Below are positions 1 to 10,140 of a stretch of 64,000 nucleotides of DNA, one piece after another. The notes below the pieces were generated by a model. That model did not search any database. It was not told the origin of the DNA and saw nothing but the letters and a program-made list of their open reading frames with translations. The stretch's first letter is position 1. Every line of letters starts with the position of its first letter. Both the position numbers and the translations under genes were made by a program. Origin of the DNA: Eledone cirrhosa (taxonomy: Eukaryota); NCBI GenBank assembly GCA_964016885.1, contig OZ024740.1:365366001-365430000 (forward strand). The letters run 5' to 3'.

Positions 1-170
1 TGTTATCATCAAGTAGTTTTGTGGACAAGGTCAAAATAATTGCAATGTCTTCTATGCATATAGCATTGAATTGATCTAAATTTCTCTTATATATATATAT
101 AATCAAGGTTTAGCAAATAAGAAAAAGTTTCAAAATAAATTTCAAAAAATTCACTGTATTCACTATTGAT

Positions 171-257
171 ACCTTTACCGAATCCGTTTTGAGTCTCAAA
201 AATAAATTGACAGTCCTTGCGGCCTTCCATTGAAAAGATAAACTCTCGTCAGAAGGT
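171..257 (-). ncRNA. Mutated inverted copy of the 706-792 hammerhead
   Basis: Same helices, but GAAA has become AAAA and helix III ACCG has become ACGG; probably inactive. Confidence 0.7.
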
Positions 258-705
258 TCTTTTCACTCGAAGAATATAAAATTCCCGAGTTCAAATTACG
301 AACTGGTGCTATTCAAAATTGTTCCCGAGATGAGAATGAATGATGTGGAAGCAATTCTGTCCAGTGCCGTGTGTAAAGATAGAACACAGAGGCAGGGAGG
401 TCAGTCTACTACCACTATAAATAGCAGCAGTCAAAACGACCAAATTTTATCTCATAGGAGAATAATAATAATAAAGTATATATCCCTACACGCAAAAAGC
501 GTATAAGGACACATGTATTGTCCAACCATATGCCAATGTGGTTCAATGGCAGGTTAATAAATTAACGAGCCAGAACATATGTAATCAAGGTTTAGCAAAT
601 AAGAAAACGTTTCAAAATAAATTTCATTCTCATCTCGGGAACAATTTTGAATAGTGCCAGTTCGTAATTTGAACTCGGGAATTTTATATTCTCCGAGTGA
701 AAAGA

Positions 706-792
706 ACCTTCTGACGAGAGTTTACCTTTTCAATGGAAGGCCGCAAGGACTGTCCATTTATTTTTGAGACTCGAAACCGATTCGGTAAAGGT
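706..792 (+). ncRNA. Type I hammerhead ribozyme, intact core
   Basis: Helix I ACCTT/AAGGT; core CTGACGA; helix II GAGTTT/AGACTC closing a ~43-nt insert; GAAA; helix III ACCG-ATT-CGGT; cleavage triplet GUA at A787. Confidence 0.85.
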
Positions 793-967
793 AACAATAG
801 TAAGTACAGTGAAGTTTTTGAAATTTATTTTGAAACTTCTTATTTGCTAAACCTTGATTATATATGTTCTGGCTCGTTAATTTATTAACCTGCCATTGAA
901 CCACATTGGCATATGGTTGGACAATACATGTGTCCCTATACGCTTTTTGCATGTAGGGATATATACT

Positions 968-977
<10 letters not shown>

Positions 978-998
<21 letters not shown>

Positions 999-1151
999 AG
1001 TGTTTGTAGTTGTAAGGCCAAGACAATATATTTATATATATATATATATATATAAGTGTTTGTAGTTGTAAGGCCAAGACAATATATTTATATATATATA
1101 TATATATATAAGCGTTTGTAGTTGTAAGGCCAAGACAATATATTTATATAT
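978..1151 (+). repeat. Minisatellite, unit AAGYGTTTGTAGTTGTAAGGCCAAGACAATATATTT+(AT)n, left part
   Basis: Three units with variable AT spacers, ending at the RTE insertion. Confidence 0.9.
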
Positions 1152-3902
1152 AGTGTCTGTTGTAAACACTAAATCCCTCCCCCATGAAGAATGCACCTCC
1201 CAACATAGACTGATAATTAGCGACCTCATAGTCAGGACGAGACGAACCCGACAGCAGAAGAGGACTATCCTCAGGAGGAAAATATGGAAACTAAAGGACC
1301 CCACAGCCAGAAATAAATTTCAAAGCATATTACTTGATGCTTTCGACAGTAAGGAAGAGCATCTAGAATCGGACAATATAGAGGGACAGTGGAAATTTCT
1401 GAAAGCAAACCTGCTGTTGGCGACAGACGAAGTCTGTGGCTGGAGCAGGCCTGTAGGCAGGAGGAGAGTAACATGGTGGTGGAACAGTAGGGTGGAGGGG
1501 TCAATTAAGGCCAAAAAGCAGGCTTGGAAAGTATGGCGGGATGGGGGAAGTAGAGTAGACTATCAAGTGGCCAGGAGGGAAGCTAGGAGAGAAGTGTACT
1601 TAGCAAGAAGGGAAGCTGAGGAAAGAAAGTTCAAGCATGTTCTACAACGCGATGACCAAAAACGTGAGGTGTTCAGGATTGCCAGGCAATGCGTCAAGGA
1701 AAACCGTGATATTGTCGGGGAGAAGTGTGTACTTAACGATGATGGCATACTTGCCATCACCGACACTGATAAGAAGGTAGCTTGGAAGTGTCACTATGAA
1801 AGGCTACTAAATGAGGAGAATAAATGGGAGAAAGACAGTCTCCCCCATATCGACCCGATAGAGGGACCAGCAGTGTTAGTCGAGGGGAGTATAATAAGTA
1901 AGGCAATCAAGGATATGAAGACTGGTAAGGCGGCTGGGCCTTCGGAAATAGTTGCTGAGATGCTGAAGGCATCTGGCACGGTGGGACACACCATGGTCAC
2001 CCGCATAGTTAACCAAGTCGTACAGAATGGGGTTGTTCCGAAGGACTGGCATAGCAGCATCATCGTTAACTGTTATAAGGGTAAAGGAGACGCCCTAGAT
2101 AGGAGTAACTATAGAGGCATTAAATTAATCGACCAGGTCATGAAGGTCACGGAAAAAGTAATAGCGCAACTAATCAGAGAGAGAATTGATCTAGATGAAA
2201 TGCAGTTCGGGTTTGTGTCAGGCAAAAGCACCACAGACGCTCTTTTCATAGTACGTCAACTACAGGAGAAGTACCTAGCTAAAGGTAAACCCCTCTACTT
2301 AGCTTTTGTCGACCTGGAGAAAGCCTTCGACAGAGTCCCCCGCTCCATTATCTGGTGGGCTCTTAGAAAACTAGGCGTTGACGAATGGCTTGTGAGGGCT
2401 ATACAAGCCATGTATAAAGAAACAGTCAGCAAGGTTAGAATTAACAACGAATATAGTGAAGAGTTTAGCGTAAAAGTTGGCGTCCATCAGGGCTCTGTTC
2501 TCAGCCCCCTACTATTTATTATTGCCCTTCAGGCTATAACAGAGGAGTTCAAGACAGGCTGCCCATGGGAACTCCTATACGCAGACGACCTGACACTCAT
2601 AGCGGAATCAATGGCCGAGCTAGAGAAGAAATTCCAAACATGGAAGCACGGCCTAGAGTCAAAAGGACTTAAAATTAACCTGGCTAAGACCAAAGTTCTA
2701 GTTTGTAGGAAAGAAAACAAGGCGGCGGTCCCTTCTGGGAAATGGTCGTGCTCGGTATGTAGGAAAGGCGTAGGTAGAAACTCCATCTTATGTCCTAAAT
2801 GCAAAGTATGGGTGCATAAAAGATGTAGTGGGATCACAGGTAAGCTAACTAAGAACATAGACTTTACATGTGGCCGGTGTTCTGGTGCAATAAGTAGCAG
2901 CAAGTGCCCACAAAATACTAGCTCTTTCAATTGCGCAGAGGGTTCTATAGAAATAGTGGACAGCTTCCGTTACCTGGGCGATAAAATCAGCAGTGGGGGA
3001 GGGTGCTCTGAAAGTACTGTAGCTAGAGTCAGAACTGGTTGGAAAAAGTTCAGAGAGCTTATACCACTATTAGCTGCTAAAGGGTTCTCCCTAAAAATGA
3101 AAGGCAGGTTGTACGATGCCTGCATACGAACAGCAATGTTGCATGGTAGTGAGACCTGGGCATTGTGTGCAGAGGATATACGCAGACTAGAGAGGAACGA
3201 AGCTTGCATGCTCCGCTGGATGTGTAACAGTAATATACGTGAACGGCAAAGCATAAACGAACTAAGGAAAAAATTAGAGATAAGAGGGATCAGATGTTGT
3301 TTACTCGAGAGAAGGCTGCGTTGGTATGGACACGTGATGCGCATGAAAGTCGATAGCTGTATTACAAAGTGCAGGGCAATAAAGATAGACGGTAGCCACG
3401 GAATAGGCAGACCTAGAAAAACATGGGATGAGCTGATAAACTCCGACCTCACACACTTACACCTCTCCAAGACAATGTCACTGGACCGTGACCTTTGGCG
3501 GTACTCAGTAACAGAGAAGACCCGCCTTGCCAGTAGGCATCTCTAACAAACTACACCCCGTCCCGCCACCACCCCCACCCCATCCACACCACCCCGTTCT
3601 ATGTAAAGTTATGTTGGTGCCGCGCCATCCAGGCCGAAACAAATGAGATCGTGTAGGTGTCACGACAAAAAAACACACAGTCCACGCTGTAATGTGGCCG
3701 TGTAGGCAACACGGTAAAAACCTCCCAGACCCACACTGTAAATGTGGTTGGTGTTAGGAAGGGCATCCAACTGTAGAAAACCTGCCAGACAGTCCTATGC
3801 GAGCAAGACAATCACTCTTGCCTCAAGTGGGACTACCCCCGTCCAAACCCATGCAAGCGTGGAACACGGACGTTAAACGTTGATGATGATGATGATGATG
3901 AT
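1152..3902 (+). mobile_element. RTE-clade LINE, 5'-truncated, young copy
   Basis: APE C-terminus (SQHRLII), RT motifs and RTE-type C-terminus ([11 protein letters not shown]...GRPRKTW), 3' UTR and (GAT)n tail. Inserted into an (AT)n spacer. Confidence 0.95.
1153..3546 (+). CDS. RTE LINE ORF (partial endonuclease, reverse transcriptase, internal PHD-like finger); 5'-truncated with no true start codon
   Basis: 797 aa without stops: NYRGIKL, QFGFVSGKSTTDA, FVDLEKAFDRV, GVHQGSVLSPLLF, YADD, FRYLG. Confidence 0.9.
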   Translation: MSVVNTKSLPHEECTSQHRLIISDLIVRTRRTRQQKRTILRRKIWKLKDPTARNKFQSILLDAFDSKEEHLESDNIEGQWKFLKANLLLATDEVCGWSRPVGRRRVTWWWNSRVEGSIKAKKQAWKVWRDGGSRVDYQVARREARREVYLARREAEERKFKHVLQRDDQKREVFRIARQCVKENRDIVGEKCVLNDDGILAITDTDKKVAWKCHYERLLNEENKWEKDSLPHIDPIEGPAVLVEGSIISKAIKDMKTGKAAGPSEIVAEMLKASGTVGHTMVTRIVNQVVQNGVVPKDWHSSIIVNCYKGKGDALDRSNYRGIKLIDQVMKVTEKVIAQLIRERIDLDEMQFGFVSGKSTTDALFIVRQLQEKYLAKGKPLYLAFVDLEKAFDRVPRSIIWWALRKLGVDEWLVRAIQAMYKETVSKVRINNEYSEEFSVKVGVHQGSVLSPLLFIIALQAITEEFKTGCPWELLYADDLTLIAESMAELEKKFQTWKHGLESKGLKINLAKTKVLVCRKENKAAVPSGKWSCSVCRKGVGRNSILCPKCKVWVHKRCSGITGKLTKNIDFTCGRCSGAISSSKCPQNTSSFNCAEGSIEIVDSFRYLGDKISSGGGCSESTVARVRTGWKKFRELIPLLAAKGFSLKMKGRLYDACIRTAMLHGSETWALCAEDIRRLERNEACMLRWMCNSNIRERQSINELRKKLEIRGIRCCLLERRLRWYGHVMRMKVDSCITKCRAIKIDGSHGIGRPRKTWDELINSDLTHLHLSKTMSLDRDLWRYSVTEKTRLASRHL

Positions 3903-4219
3903 ATATATATATATAAGCGTTTGTAGTTGTAAGGCCAAGACAATATATTTATATATATATATATATATAAGCGTTTGTAGTTGTAAGGCCAAGACAATAT
4001 ATTTATATATATACATATATATATAAGTGTTTGTAGTTGTAAGGCCAAGACAATATATTTATATATATATATATAAGTGTTTGTAGTTGTAAGGCCAAGA
4101 CAATATATTTATATATATATATATATGTATAAGCGTTTGTAGTTGTAAGGCCAAGACAATATATTTATATATATATATATATATATATAAGCGTTTGTAG
4201 TTGTAAGGCCAAGACAATA

Positions 4220-4265
<46 letters not shown>

Positions 4266-4366
4266 TGTTTGTAGTTGTAAGGCCAAGACAATATATTTAT
4301 ATATATATATATATATAAGTGTTTGTAGTTGTAAGGCCAAGACAATATATTTATATATATATATAT
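3903..4366 (+). repeat. Same minisatellite, right part
   Basis: Eight further units resume directly after the RTE (GAT)n tail. Confidence 0.9.
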
Positions 4367-4416
4367 TGAAATAGATGATTCGCCGTAACATTGACTACAT
4401 AATACAGTCTAATAAT

Positions 4417-4751
4417 GGAGGCACATGGCTTAGGGGTTAGAGCATTGGCCTTACAATCGAAAGGTTGTGAGTTCAATTCTCAGAGCAGGTGATGTGTTGT
4501 TTCCTTGAGCAAGACACTTTATTTCACATTGCTCCAGTTTACTCAGCTGTAGAAATGAGATGATAGGGACTGGGGTCCCTATCATTCCACTGCAAAGTGG
4601 TCGTGGAGGTGCCATGGTAAAAAAAGCACCCTCACTGTAAATGAGGTTGGTGTAAGGAAGAGCATCCAGCTGTAGAAATCAAGCCAGAATCAGTTCCCAT
4701 CCCACCCTTGCAAGCAGGGAAAAAGCGGACATAAAATGAAATGAATGAATG
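4417..4751 (+). mobile_element. tRNA-derived SINE with CORE-like domain and RTE-derived tail (family 1)
   Basis: Box A-like TGGCTTAGGGG, box B GAGTTCAATTC, CORE-like CCTTGAGCAAGACACTT. The 3' part matches the RTE 3' UTR and ends in (ATGA)n. Confidence 0.8.
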
Positions 4752-4851
4752 AATGGGGCGTATAAACCCACTGAATGGAAAAAGGTGGGTATCAATACCC
4801 ATATGTGCTGATACCCATCTTTTTCCATTCATTAGCTTTATATGCCCCATT

Positions 4852-5020
4852 GGCAGTATCGGTAGAGGGTCGGACGCCATGTTTTGTGCAGTAAAGAGTT
4901 ACGGCCCTTTATGGTCTAAGTTCAAATCCCACCGAGGATAACTTTGCCTTTTATCCTTACAGGGTCGATAAAATAAAGTACCAGTAATACACTGGCCTTG
5001 TGCCAAAAGTAGAAACAATT
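4852..5020 (+). mobile_element. tRNA-derived SINE family 2 (resembles the octopus OK-type SINE as recalled)
   Basis: GTTCAAATCCC box B, then GCCTTTyATCCTTACrGGGTCGATAAAATAAAGTACC, ending GTAGAAACAATT. Many copies in the window. Confidence 0.75.
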
Positions 5021-6100
5021 ATGTAGTGAATGTTACGGTGAAGCTTCTGAAGCTTCTATTTGTATTTCAATTCCAAACTTTGATCATCACTTTCCAAACA
5101 TACTTCCTTCATATATATATATTGACGAAGGACCGTGACAAGTGGAGAGATGCTGTGCTGAATAAGACCCGTCCCACCCTTGCAAGCAGGGAAGAGCGGA
5201 CGTAAAATGATGATGATGATGATATATATATAGTTAGGAAAGCAGAAAATTGCTTATTGTAATCCAGTACGTGGTTAAGATAGCCAGTTTCTTGGACGGT
5301 TTCCAACGTACGGTTAGGGGTAACTCCACAAGTTTGCAAGAATGTAGTTAGTAAATCACGTTCAATCTTGGAGTATAAAGAATAAAAGAGAAAACACAGG
5401 TAAGCATTAAAAAAAGGATTTTATCCAGGTATTTACGACCGTTTCATTGGTAAGCGCAACCTAATATCACTATACTGCAAATAGCAGCCACTCGATAATA
5501 ACTGTTATTCACCTCCAAATTTTCAAAATAATTGTTTCTACTTTTGGCACAAGGCCAGCAAATTACCCAGTGCATTACTGGTACTTTATTTTATCGACCC
5601 CGATAGGATGAAAGGCAAAGTTAACCTCCAAATTTTCAAAATAATGAATTAGTTACTTGTAAAAGGTTCTTAATATATAAAAAGACATTTTTTTGGAATC
5701 GTATTTACTAGTATAGAGAGAGAGGAAAGGGGAGAAGAATTAGGAAGTAGAGGGACAAAAGGAGATGGGGGGAGGGGGAAAGATGGAAGCATTCCTCCAT
5801 CAGTTTTGATTTGTAGACTTGATGTCGTCAATTTACAGTGTAGGGAGTTAAAGAGAATTAAATTGTTTATAGTGGCAGGGAGAGAGAGAGAGAGGGGGGG
5901 GGGGAGATAAATATATATATAAGAGGAATTTAGATCAATTCAATGCTATATGCAACAGTTGTAACAGTGTATAATCAATAAAGACCTTAATGTGAAACCT
6001 CACTTTGTTTTCAATATATACACTCTCCCTGAGCAGAGAGTGCTAATTTTGGTACCTTCCTCAGTAAACCATGAATCTACTGAACCACCTATTATATATA

Positions 6101-6153
<53 letters not shown>

Positions 6154-6289
6154 ACTCCATGTTACACCCCCTGGATATATGTATATAATATATATATATA
6201 TATGTATATAATATATATATATATGTATATAATATATATATATATATATATGTATATAATATATATATATATATATATATAATATATAT

Positions 6290-8219
6290 ATCATCATCAT
6301 CTTCGTTTAACATCTACTTTCCACGCTAGCATGGGTTAGATGGGAGTTGTCCCACTTGAGGCAAGGTTGGTCAGGTGACCATGTCTCGCTCATATAGGAC
6401 TATCTGGCAGGTTTTCTACGGCTGGATGCCCTTCCTAACACCAACCATATTTACAGTGTGGAACTGGGAACTTTTTACCGTGTTACCTACACGACCACAT
6501 TACAGCGTGGACTGTGTGTTTTTTCTCGTGACACCTACACGATCTCAATCTCATTTATCTCATTATTAGGACTGGATGTTGTGGTACCAACTTTACAGAG
6601 AGAGGGTGGCGTTGGTGGGAGTGGGAGGATAGTGTAGGGGTAGTGGATGGGGGTGTATATTTGGTTAAGAGGTGCCTACTGACTGTAGGTTTCGCTTTGT
6701 ACATAGGCAAGGCGGGTCGTCTGTATTACTACATAGCGCCAAAGATCTAGGTCCAGTGACATTGTCTTAGAGAGGTGCAAGTGTGTTAGGTCGGAATTTA
6801 TCAGATCGTCCCAGGTTTTTCTGGGTCTATCTACTCCGTAATTACCATCAATTTTGATCGCCCTGCACTTTTTTATACAGCTGTCGTCTTTCATGCGCAT
6901 CTAGTGGCCATACCAACGTAGTCTTCTCTCAAGTAAACAGCTTCTGATCCCTCTTATTCCTAATTTCTCACTTAGTTCACTTATGCTTTGCCATTCACGT
7001 ATATTACTATTACACATCCAATGGAGCATGCATGCTTTGTTCCTTTCCAGTCTACGCAGGTCCTCTGCACACAATGCCCAGGTCTCACTACCATGCAACA
7101 TTGCTGTTCGTGTGCAGGCATCGTACAACCTGCCTTTCATTTTTAGAGAGAAACCTTTTGTGGCCAACAGCGGTATAAGCTCTCTGAACTTTTTCCATCC
7201 CATTCTGACTCTGACTACTGTACTTTCAGAACACCCTCCACCACTGCTGATTTCGTCACCCAGGTAATAGAAAGTGTCTACTATTTCTATAGAACCATCT
7301 GGGCAATAGAAGGGGCTAGTATCCTGTGGACACTTGCTACCTATTGCACCTGAGCATCGGCCACATATAAAGTCTATGTTCTTAGATAGTTTACCTGTGA
7401 TCCCACTACATCTTTTATATATCCATACTTTGCATTTGGGACATAAAATTGAATTTCTGCCTACTCCTTTCCTACACACTGAGCAAGGCCATTTCCCTGA
7501 GGGTACCTGTGCCTTATTTTCCTTTCTACAAACTAGGACTTTAGTCTTAGACAAGTTAACTTTAAGGTCTTTTGATTCTAGGCCATGCTTCCATGTTTGG
7601 AATTTCTTTTCTAGTTCAACCATTGATTCAGCTATGAGCGTTAGATCATCTGCGTATAGGAGTTCCCATGGGCAGCCGGTCTTGAACTCCTCTCTTATAG
7701 CCTGAAGGGCAATAATAAATAAGAGGAGGCGAAGGACAGAGCCTTGGTGAACACCAACTTTTACACAAAAATTCTTCACAATATTCATTGTTAATTCTAA
7801 CCTTGCTGACTGTTTCATTATACATAGCTTGTATAGCTCTCACAAGCCATTCATCTACACCTAGTTTTCTAAGAGCCCACCAGATAATGGAACGGGGGAC
7901 TCTGTCAAAGGCTTTTTCCAGGTCTACAAAAGCTAAGTAGAGGGGTTTACTTTTAGCTAGGTACCTCTCTTGTAGTTGTCGTACAAGGAAAAGAGCGTCT
8001 GTGGTACTCTTACCTGTCACAAACCCAAACTGCATTTCATCTAGATCAATTCGCTCTCTGATTAGTTGCGCTATAACTCTTTCTGTGACCTTCATGACCT
8101 GGTCAACTAACTTAATGCCTCTATAGTTTCCTCTATCTAGAGCATCTCCTTTACCCTTGTAGCAATCTTTTGGTATGACCCCATTCTGTATTACTTGGTT
8201 AACTATACTATTACTTGGT

Positions 8220-8226
<7 letters not shown>
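6290..8226 (-). mobile_element. RTE LINE copy, 5'-truncated and frameshifted
   Basis: ORFs 7646-8095, 6901-7818 and 6676-6900 are homologous to 1153-3546. (GAT)n tail at 6290; (TA)n on both flanks. Confidence 0.93.
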
Positions 8227-8261
<35 letters not shown>

Positions 8262-8324
8262 TACATATATATTATATACATATATATGTACATATATATA
8301 TATGTACATATATATATATAAGTA

Positions 8325-8355
<31 letters not shown>

Positions 8356-8629
8356 ATGAAAGTGTGTTTAGAAATGATGAATGAAATTTAAGTTTTATGA
8401 GAAAGTTAGAAACTTCCTTTTTTTTTTACTAAAGAAAAATAATCTAAATAACAGAGCATATAAGCCTCGTTGACAGAACAAATATACATTAGCAGCTGCT
8501 TTGTATCCACTTTTTGGTTAAGGGGACTTATATACCTTATTATTTTGGTTATTTTTCTATAGTAGACAAAAATTCAATGAAGCTCCTGTCTCATAAATAT
8601 ATACGTTGGGCCAATGATATATATGCATA

Positions 8630-9183
8630 TATGCCTAGTTGCATCTTTCAAAGTTGATGACACAGGGCCATGATCTCTGGTGTGACACAGTGATACAGAA
8701 GACCCAACTCCCCAGGCACAGGCACAGGCCAAAGCTGAAGCATATATACAGTATGCACCACCCCACCCCACCCTCCCATACATTTCTCACAAGGGCAGTA
8801 CGAAGATACCAGCCCACACTTTAAAGTAGTCATGGCAAAAAAACGTCCAGCCCACACTGTAAAGTGATTGTGTAGGTGTCACAACAAAAAGCACCCAGTC
8901 CACACTGTAAAGTGGTTGTGTTGGTGACATTACAAAAGCACCCAGTCCATACTGTAAAGTGGTCATGCTGGTGACACGACAGAAAGCACCCAGTACTCAC
9001 TGTAAATGAGGTTGGCATTAGGAAGATCATTCAGCTGTAGAAACCAAGCCAAAATTAGTTCTGTATTAGCAAGACATGGTAACCTGACCTGGCATTGCCT
9101 ACAACAGAACAGCCCATCTAACCCATGCTAGCATGGAAAAATTGATGTAAAACGGTGATGATGATGATGATGATGATGATGAT
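8630..9183 (+). mobile_element. RTE subfamily 3' fragment with expanded ~49-bp 3' UTR repeats
   Basis: About 5 CCAGyCCACACTGTAAAGTG units at 8808-9010, then AACCCATGCTAGCATGGAA and (GAT)n. Confidence 0.75.
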
Positions 9184-9734
9184 GTGTGTGTGTGTCCATG
9201 TCCATATCCGTGTGCTTGGCTGTTTATGTCCTATATCTTAAAGATTTGACAAAAAGAGGTCGATGAAATGATTACCAGAAAAAAGAATAAGTACTTGTAT
9301 CAATATGACCCCAAATCCTTTCAAAGCTGTGCCACAGTCTAATGACTGAAACCAGTAATATAATAATGGAATAATAAGATGTAGCAGGTACGAAGAAGAC
9401 TCTCCATTAAGAGGAACGAAAGAAACATAAATACCAACTTATGTCAATAAAACATCTTCCAATCTTTCTTATTCAACAATAACTCTTAACATCCTGTAAT
9501 GATTTAACAGAAAATATCTAAAAACAGATTTTTTTCAAATTCAAATGTTTAATGTATCTTTACTTTTTAATGTGATGCAGTCAATTGTGCTAAAAATAAT
9601 GTTTCATAAGAATGATTGTTAATTTACTATCTAAAAAAACAAGTTTCTTAATTCAAATTTTTATCATATCTTCATATCTTTACTATTGAACATGTATATA
9701 TATAGATATATATATATATATTTCCCTTTTAGGT

Positions 9735-10020
9735 AGACGTGCTCCATCATCCAGTTTTCTAAAAAAAAGTATATCATTCAGGAAACGCCAGCATCAACAG
9801 TGATGGCAAAATGAATGAACCTGTTATTTTTCTCTAAAAACATTTTTTTCCGATTCCGCGCTGCCTGTCCCTTCAATCTTTCTAATTTCTCATTCTTTCT
9901 TCTGATGAAGGACTAGCGTCCGAAACGTTAAGACCCTCTTCTTGCTAATTCAAGCATTAAACTAATATACTCCTTCCATATACTGTACCGATTGTGTTGT
10001 TATTTCTGTTTAACTTTTAT
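9735..10020 (+). mobile_element. Penelope-like element 3' end (GIY-YIG tail plus hammerhead)
   Basis: Frameshifted KKYIIQET/PSINSDG resembles the GIY-YIG C-terminus and is followed by a hammerhead. Homologous to 37120-37310 (-), 58515-58675 and 30845-30935. Confidence 0.6.
9898..9933 (+). ncRNA. Minimal type I hammerhead ribozyme
   Basis: TCTT-CTGATGA-A-GGAC(TAGC)GTCC-GAAACGTT-AAGA. Helix I TCTT/AAGA; palindromic AACGTT in place of helix III. Confidence 0.72.
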
Positions 10021-10031
10021 ATACATATATA

Positions 10032-10082
<51 letters not shown>

Positions 10083-10140
10083 ATGATATTAATAAATGGA
10101 AACTATATTTATAAAACCATATTTATTTTATTATATATAT

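Larger units (their letters stand above)
96..985. mobile_element. Penelope-like terminal repeat remnant in nested inverted arrangement
   Basis: About 96-340 is the reverse complement of 624-864, and about 462-625 is the reverse complement of 822-985. Each main arm carries a hammerhead motif. A weak GIY-YIG-tail-like reading SREQF*I...LN lies at about 633-675. Confidence 0.6.

Noticed and set aside
1271-3470. Minus-strand ORFs overlapping the RTE ORFs, recurring in each copy
   Set aside because: Antisense shadows of the RT coding frame with no recognisable domain.
978-4366. Repeat-spacer pattern superficially like a CRISPR array (36-nt constant unit)
   Set aside because: The spacers are only (AT)n of variable length, there are no cas genes, and the context is eukaryotic. 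It is a minisatellite.
4417-4490. tRNA-like A and B boxes
   Set aside because: No cloverleaf with a paired acceptor stem; this is the head of a multi-copy SINE.
5425-5450. Half hammerhead on the minus strand (GAAACGGTCGTA-AATACC)
   Set aside because: No matching CUGANGA or helix I partner could be found upstream.
9733-9803. Possible terminal exon after ttttag (RRAPSSSFLKKSISFRKRQHQQ*)
   Set aside because: No partner exons were found. It is better explained as the decayed GIY-YIG tail of the adjacent Penelope-like repeat.
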